DNA of 64,000 bases from Phycisphaeraceae bacterium (GTDB taxonomy: Bacteria; Planctomycetota; Phycisphaerae; Phycisphaerales; Zrk34). The position numbers were made by a program, and so were the translations under genes. This document shows positions 58,733-64,000 of the stretch, one piece after another (the first letter of the stretch is position 1; every line of letters begins with the position of its first letter). The stretch spans positions 41,877 to 105,876 of the forward strand of contig JBBDRF010000059.1 in assembly GCA_040905565.1 (NCBI GenBank). The letters are read 5' to 3'. The notes under the pieces are model-generated. The model saw only the letters and a list, made by a program, of their open reading frames with translations. It made no database searches and was not told the origin of the DNA.

Positions 58733-59092
58733 ATGGCTGAAGAGAATTCGAAACTCACGATTCAGAAACGAACCGATGTCACGATCGTCGAATTTCTGGA
58801 CCGCAATATTCTCGACGAAGCGAGCATCTACCAGATCGGCCAGGAGATCTCGGAGTTAATCGACGACGCGTCCGACCCGAAGCTGCTCATCAGCTTCGCG
58901 AATGTCGACCATCTCTCCAGTGCAGCGCTGGGCACGCTGATCACGATCAACAAGAAGATCCGTCAGAAGGACGGGCAGCTTCGTCTGGCGAACATCGACC
59001 CTCAGATCTATGAAGTGTTCGTCATCACCAAGCTCAACGATCTGTTCCAGATCCATGAGAACACGCAGCAGGCGCTGGCAAGTTTCAACTGA
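58733..59092 (+). CDS. STAS-domain anti-sigma factor antagonist
   Basis: 'VDHLSSAALGTLI', 'IYEVFVITKL'. Confidence 0.9.
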   Translation: MAEENSKLTIQKRTDVTIVEFLDRNILDEASIYQIGQEISELIDDASDPKLLISFANVDHLSSAALGTLITINKKIRQKDGQLRLANIDPQIYEVFVITKLNDLFQIHENTQQALASFN

Positions 59093-59128
59093 GTTCGCCA
59101 GGGCTGCGGCCGGTGACCGGACAGGGAC

Positions 59129-59584
59129 ATGGAGGCACGTTCTGTGGGACGATCTGTCGTTGAGGGCAAGCTGGTGGTGCCGTCTCGGCTTGAAGAGGTC
59201 GGCCGCGTTGAACAGCAGTTGCTGACCGCGATCGCGGAGCACGGCTATGCGGGCTCCGACTGCTTCGCCATCAAGTTGGCGCTGGAAGAAGCGCTTGCGA
59301 ACGCGATCAAACACGGCAACGCGTCCGACCCCGCCAAGCAGGTACAGGTGACCTATCAGGTGGATCCCGCGCGTGTCCGCATCGAAGTTTGCGATGAAGG
59401 GCCGGGCTTCGATCCCGAGGACGTCCCCGATCCCACGCTGGATGAGAACCTGGAAAAGCCGTTCGGCCGAGGGGTGATGCTGATGCGGACGTACATGACG
59501 GAAGTCAGCTACAACGCGTCAGGCAATTGCGTTATCCTCGTCAAAGCTCGAAGCAGCGAACAGGCATCCAGCAAGTCGTCATGA
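59129..59584 (+). CDS. RsbW-like anti-sigma factor/serine kinase (HATPase)
   Basis: 'LEEALANAIKHGN', 'DEGPGFD', 'GRGVMLM'. Confidence 0.92.
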   Translation: MEARSVGRSVVEGKLVVPSRLEEVGRVEQQLLTAIAEHGYAGSDCFAIKLALEEALANAIKHGNASDPAKQVQVTYQVDPARVRIEVCDEGPGFDPEDVPDPTLDENLEKPFGRGVMLMRTYMTEVSYNASGNCVILVKARSSEQASSKSS

Positions 59585-59616
59585 CCCTCCGCAATCAGCG
59601 CCCCTGAGGAGCCGCG

Positions 59617-59967
59617 ATGGGTAAGTTTGCCATTCATGCCGACGCCCGTGAGGATGGGGTCATCCTCAAACTCGTCGGCGAGTTGACCGTTCATGACAGC
59701 GAACCCCTGAAACAGCAACTGTTTGCTGCACTCGAGCATCGCCCGAAGCGGGTGGTGATCGATGCATCGGCGTTGACATTCATCAGCAGCTTAGGGCTGG
59801 GCAGCCTGGTTGAAGTTCGTCGCGCGCTTGAAGCCGACAGCGTGACGCTTAGACTAGCCGGTGCGTCCGACTTTGTCGCTGAGATATTCCGCAAGACGCG
59901 GTTGGCCGAGATATTCCCAATGTATTCAGATCCGGAGCAGGCGCTGACGGAGGCGTCAGGCGCATAA
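59617..59967 (+). CDS. STAS-domain anti-sigma factor antagonist
   Basis: 'LVGEL', 'LTFISSLGLGSLV', 'IFRKTRL'. Confidence 0.88.
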   Translation: MGKFAIHADAREDGVILKLVGELTVHDSEPLKQQLFAALEHRPKRVVIDASALTFISSLGLGSLVEVRRALEADSVTLRLAGASDFVAEIFRKTRLAEIFPMYSDPEQALTEASGA

Positions 59968-60107
59968 GCGATCTGGTTTTATCTGTCCGGCAAGCGGTGG
60001 GGCGGCTGGATTCCCCGACTCGGCGGGCGAACAATTGAAACGGCAGCTGCCCCAGCCGTCGCCCGTCCCTCCCACTATCTCCACTATTTCAGAATGCAGA
60101 GCATCCT

Positions 60108-61091
60108 GTGACTTCCGCACCTACGCCATCGTCCTCGCAGTCATCGGCATCCCCCGCTTCCACGCAAGAGCATCCGCGGCTTCCGTTGCCTGATACCGTC
60201 ACTCCGGGTGACCTTAACTGGCCCTACACGGTGGCCATCACAGCCGTTCATGTCCTGGCGCTGGCGGCGCTGGTGCCGTGGCTTTTCACGTGGACCGGGC
60301 TGATCGTGATGATCCTCGGCGTGCACGTCTTCGGGCAGGGCATCAACATGTGCTATCACCGGCAGTTGACGCACCGGTCGTTTCGTACGCCGCGCTGGCT
60401 TGAGCACTTTTTCGTGGTGTTGGCGTTGTGCTGCATGCAGGACACGCCGGGCAAGTGGGTGGCGACGCACCGGTATCATCACAATCATTCCGACAAACAG
60501 CCCGATCCGCACTCGCCACTGGTCACCTTCCTGTGGTCCCATGTGGGCTGGCTTCTGATTCGCAATCGTCACACGCACAGCATCAGCACGTATCAGCGTT
60601 TTGCAGGCGACATTCTGCGCGACCCGTGGTACATGCGACTGGAAAAATCATACCAGTGGGTGTGGTTCTACGTCGGCCACGCGATGCTGTTCTTTGCAGC
60701 GGCTTTCGCGGCGGGCTTTCTGATCTGGGGCACCGCAGCGGCGGCACTGCAACTGGCCCTCAGCATCGTAGTCTGGGGTGTGCTGGTGCGGACGGTCGTC
60801 GTCTGGCACATCACGTGGAGCGTGAACTCGCTTTCGCACCTGTTCGGCTACAGCAGCCACGAGACGGGCGAGAACTCCAAGAACAACTGGCTGGTGGCCC
60901 TGCTGACCGTCGGCGAAGGCTGGCACAACAACCATCATCACGACCCCGCTGCGGCCAGCGTGCAGCATCGGTGGTGGGAAATCGACATCACCTACTACGA
61001 AATCCGCCTGCTGGAAATGCTCGGGCTGGCGGAGCGCGTGGTCCCGCTCAAACGTATCCGTCAGGCGCGACGCGATGCCGCGGCGGAATGA
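60108..61091 (+). CDS. Delta-9-type fatty acid (acyl-CoA/acyl-lipid) desaturase
   Basis: His boxes 'HRQLTH', 'HRYHH', 'GEGWHNNHH'; 'DPHSP'. Confidence 0.93.
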   Translation: MTSAPTPSSSQSSASPASTQEHPRLPLPDTVTPGDLNWPYTVAITAVHVLALAALVPWLFTWTGLIVMILGVHVFGQGINMCYHRQLTHRSFRTPRWLEHFFVVLALCCMQDTPGKWVATHRYHHNHSDKQPDPHSPLVTFLWSHVGWLLIRNRHTHSISTYQRFAGDILRDPWYMRLEKSYQWVWFYVGHAMLFFAAAFAAGFLIWGTAAAALQLALSIVVWGVLVRTVVVWHITWSVNSLSHLFGYSSHETGENSKNNWLVALLTVGEGWHNNHHHDPAAASVQHRWWEIDITYYEIRLLEMLGLAERVVPLKRIRQARRDAAAE

Positions 61092-61152
61092 ATGTCGGGA
61101 GGGGACAAGTGGGGGGGCAACGGCGATCTGCGATCGCCCGGTAACGTGACGA

Positions 61153-62370
61153 TCACTGGGTGACGGTGGCGCGGCGGCGTTGGGCGGCATCCATCTGTTC
61201 AGCAGTGGGGCACGCGCCGCTTCGCATCATGTCCATGAAGCAGTCGAAGAGGTACGCTGCATCATGCGGACCGGGCGACGCTTCGGGGTGATACTGCACC
61301 GCGAAAATCGGCAATTCGGTATGCCGAAATCCTTCGAGCGTCTGGTCGTTGAGGTTAATATGCGTCGCGACAGCACCGACCTTCTCCAGCGAAGCCTGAT
61401 CCACCGCAAACCCATGGTTCTGACTGGTGATCTCGACCTTGCCTGTCGCGAGATTCTGCACCGGCTGGTTGCAGCCGCGGTGTCCAAACTTGAGCTTGAA
61501 CGTTTCTGCACCCAGTGAGAGCGCCAGCATCTGGTGCCCCAGGCAGATGCCGAACGTCGGCACGCGGCCGTTGACCTCACGCAGATTCGCGATCGTCTCA
61601 GCCACGGCGGAAGGGTCGCCCGGGCCGTTGCTCACGAACAGGCCGTCCGGCTTGAGATCAAGAATCTGCTTCGCACTGGCGTCGTGAGGGACGACCGTCA
61701 CTTCGCAACCTTGGTCGGCGAGATGACGCAGGATGTTCGATTTCGCCCCGCAGTCGATCGCCACGACGCGGAGCGGTTTCTTGCTCGGCGGCGCCTGGTG
61801 CTGAGGCCATTGCCGATCGCCGAGCTTCTCCGCCCACTTCGAATTCTTGGTGGGGCTTACGAGACGGGCGAGATTCTGCCCCGCCATCTCGGCGCTCTCG
61901 CGTGCAAGATCAACGAGTTTACGATTATCCAGTTCAATCGCGCTGAGGATGCCACGCATCGCGCCGTCGATGCGAAGCTTTCGGGTGAGCGCCCGCGTGT
62001 CGATCCCTGCGATGCCGAGCACGCCCTGTTCCGCAAGCCAGCGTTCAAGCCGATTCGTGGCGCGGTAGTTGCTCGGATGGCTCGCCAGTTCACGGACCAC
62101 AAAGCCGGCAACCTGAACCTTCTTCGATTCGATGTCTTCTTCATTGATGCCGTAGTTGCCGATGTGCGGGTACGTCATCGTCACGATCTGGCCGGCATAG
62201 GAGGGATCGGTGAGGATCTCCTGATAGCCGGTCATTCCGGTGTTGAAAACAACCTCCCCGGCGACCGGTTCGGGATGATCCACCGCACCAAAAGCCGTGC
62301 CGGTGAAAACCGTGCCGTCTTCAAGGGCGAGCTTGGCGATACGCTTGTCGGATGATTGAGGTGTCGTCAT
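61153..62370 (-). CDS. carA: Carbamoyl-phosphate synthase small subunit
   Basis: 'GEVVFNTGMTGYQE', 'SNGPGDP', 'GICLGHQ', 'ITSQNHG', 'VQYHPEASPGP'. Confidence 0.97.
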   Translation of the reverse strand: MTTPQSSDKRIAKLALEDGTVFTGTAFGAVDHPEPVAGEVVFNTGMTGYQEILTDPSYAGQIVTMTYPHIGNYGINEEDIESKKVQVAGFVVRELASHPSNYRATNRLERWLAEQGVLGIAGIDTRALTRKLRIDGAMRGILSAIELDNRKLVDLARESAEMAGQNLARLVSPTKNSKWAEKLGDRQWPQHQAPPSKKPLRVVAIDCGAKSNILRHLADQGCEVTVVPHDASAKQILDLKPDGLFVSNGPGDPSAVAETIANLREVNGRVPTFGICLGHQMLALSLGAETFKLKFGHRGCNQPVQNLATGKVEITSQNHGFAVDQASLEKVGAVATHINLNDQTLEGFRHTELPIFAVQYHPEASPGPHDAAYLFDCFMDMMRSGACPTAEQMDAAQRRRATVTQ

Positions 62371-62510
62371 AGTCGGTCGTAGTTTAGCGAAGGGAGCGGT
62401 TGTTGCCCACCGCATGCGGCGCAATTTTTTGACTTACTCCCCGGTCATGCTAACTTGGCTGAAGATCTTTGAGCACGTCGATGTTTTTGTGGGCGAGGGG
62501 CGGAGTACCC

Positions 62511-63917
62511 ATGGTGCGAACCGACGATCAGCATATGGTGGGCGAATTGGTGGCGCCCGAGATAAGCGAGTTGATCGCATCGAAGCAGAACCGCCAGGCT
62601 CGCGCGGCCCTGATGGAACTGCTCGAGCCCGAGGTGGCCGACGCCCTGATGGCGATGGACACCAAGCTTCGCGCCATCGCCTTCCGCCTGCTGCCGCGTT
62701 CCCGCCAGACCGATGTGTTCGTGCTACTGCCCGAGGATCAGCAGGAGCAGCTGCTGGAAGAGCTGAGCACCGAGCAGATCGTCCACCTGATTAACGAGAT
62801 GGAGCCTGACGACCGGGCCACGCTGATCGAGGAAATGCCCGGCGAGCTGGTCACGCGCCTGCTCAGCCTGATGCGGCCCGAGCAACGCCGACAGACGCAG
62901 ATCGTGCTGGGGTATCCGCCCGAGAGCGTCGGTCGGCTGATGACGCCGGACTATCTCACGCTGCGGCCGGACTGGTCCTGCCGGGAAGCGATCGACCACA
63001 TTCGCACGCGCGGCAAGAGCGTCGAAAGCATCGAAACGATGTACGTCGTGGACGAACGCGGGCGGCTGATCGATGAGGTTCGTCTGCGTGAAGTGCTCTT
63101 TGCCGACCCCGATGACAAAGTCGAAACGTTGATGGATGGCCAGACTGCGTCGCTGCATGCTGCGGACGACCGTGAAGTGGCGGTTCATACGATGGAGCGC
63201 TATGACATGCCTGCGCTGCCGGTGGTCGATCGCGACGACCTGCTCGTCGGCATCGTCACGTTCGATGACGTCGCCGATGTCGCCGAAGAAGAGGCCACGG
63301 AAGACTTCCACAAGCTCGGCGGTGTCGAGGCCCTCGATCAGCCCTACCTGTCCACCAGCACCGCCACGCTGGTGCGCAAACGCGTCGGCTGGCTCGCGAT
63401 CCTCTTCGGAGCGGGGCTGCTGACTGTCTCGGCGATGGGCGCGTTCGAGAAGCACATCGACGCGCTGCCGCTGCTCGCCGTATTCGTCCCGCTCATCATC
63501 GCCACCGGCGGGAACAGCGGCTTCCAGGCGGCGACGCTTATGACCCGCGCCATCGCGCTGCGTGAGGTCGAGCCCCGTCACTTCGGCCGGGTATTTCAGC
63601 GGGAGATGCTCGGCGGCCTCATGCTCGGGCTCATCCTCTCAGCGTTCGGATTCGTCATGGCCACGGGCGTCGGCATGTGGATGTATTCAGGCGAAGAGGC
63701 GATGTTCCTGCGCTCGGCGCACGTGGGCCTGGCCGTCGGCACCTCCATCCTCGCGGTCGTCCTATTCGGCAACATGGCCGGGTCGATGCTCCCGTTCCTC
63801 CTGCTACGCATGGGCATGGACCCCGCCACCGGCTCCACCCCCTTCGTCGCCACCATCGTCGACGTCGCAGGCCTGCTCATCTACTTCACCATCGCCACGC
63901 TAATTCTCGGGATTTAG
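62511..63917 (+). CDS. mgtE: Magnesium transporter MgtE
   Basis: N-domain, CBS pair, 'GGNSGFQA', 'DPATGSTPFVATIVDV'. Confidence 0.95.
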   Translation: MVRTDDQHMVGELVAPEISELIASKQNRQARAALMELLEPEVADALMAMDTKLRAIAFRLLPRSRQTDVFVLLPEDQQEQLLEELSTEQIVHLINEMEPDDRATLIEEMPGELVTRLLSLMRPEQRRQTQIVLGYPPESVGRLMTPDYLTLRPDWSCREAIDHIRTRGKSVESIETMYVVDERGRLIDEVRLREVLFADPDDKVETLMDGQTASLHAADDREVAVHTMERYDMPALPVVDRDDLLVGIVTFDDVADVAEEEATEDFHKLGGVEALDQPYLSTSTATLVRKRVGWLAILFGAGLLTVSAMGAFEKHIDALPLLAVFVPLIIATGGNSGFQAATLMTRAIALREVEPRHFGRVFQREMLGGLMLGLILSAFGFVMATGVGMWMYSGEEAMFLRSAHVGLAVGTSILAVVLFGNMAGSMLPFLLLRMGMDPATGSTPFVATIVDVAGLLIYFTIATLILGI

Positions 63918-63951
63918 GCGCAGGGGGTGCCCCGGCCAGCGAGCGCAGCGA

Positions 63952-64000
63952 GGGTACAACCCGGGTACATAGTTAACAGATTTTACCGGGTACATGGTTA
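63952..64000 (-). mobile_element. Probable terminus of an IS481-family-like element, continuing beyond the window
   Basis: Direct repeat CCGGGTACAT(A/G)GTTA at 63961 and 63986. The minus strand reads ...TAACCATGTACCCGGTAAAATCTGTTAACTATGTACCCGGGTTGTACCC. Confidence 0.55.

Overview
High-GC bacterial chromosomal window, most likely a planctomycete (Phycisphaerae-like). This is inferred from a PVC-type CxxCH heme protein, a planctomycete-style TPR-secretin, DUF1080 and sulfatase genes, and a stand-alone gyrB. No rRNA, tRNA or CRISPR array is visible. Main blocks: (1) a 5'-truncated low-GC ORF and an acidic DUF2007-like gene. (2) A ten-gene + strand operon (2025-14368) encoding a PQQ-type beta-propeller, a HemN-like radical SAM enzyme, a chorismate-lyase-fold protein, a WxWxIP flavin-dependent halogenase-like enzyme, a CxxC-bearing GT4, a 4HBT-family thioesterase, a membrane protein, a PaaK-like CoA ligase and a LolD/FtsX-type ABC exporter. 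It looks like a carrier-protein-free aryl-CoA biosynthetic cluster and is the best candidate for an undescribed system. (3) gyrB, GT4, panC and a SWIM-SNF2 helicase. (4) A sulfur assimilation operon: sulfite reductase-HEPN, an unknown protein, a CysM-like synthase, a JAB/Mec peptidase, and a ubiquitin-like carrier fused through an internal GG to MoeZ. (5) Glycan enzymes (PL14-like lyase, sulfatase, O-acetylesterase). (6) sirC-ccsA-hemA and a large cytochrome c protein. (7) Housekeeping genes: dprA preceded by an FtsB/DivIC-like gene, ppa with a Lys-rich tail, transporters, rhaB, ahpC, a secretin, STAS-RsbW-STAS, a desaturase, carA and mgtE. Non-coding features are several different REP-like palindromes, a candidate sRNA, recurrent leaderless-type starts and an IS481-like end at the right edge. 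All family calls come from motif recognition, not database searches.
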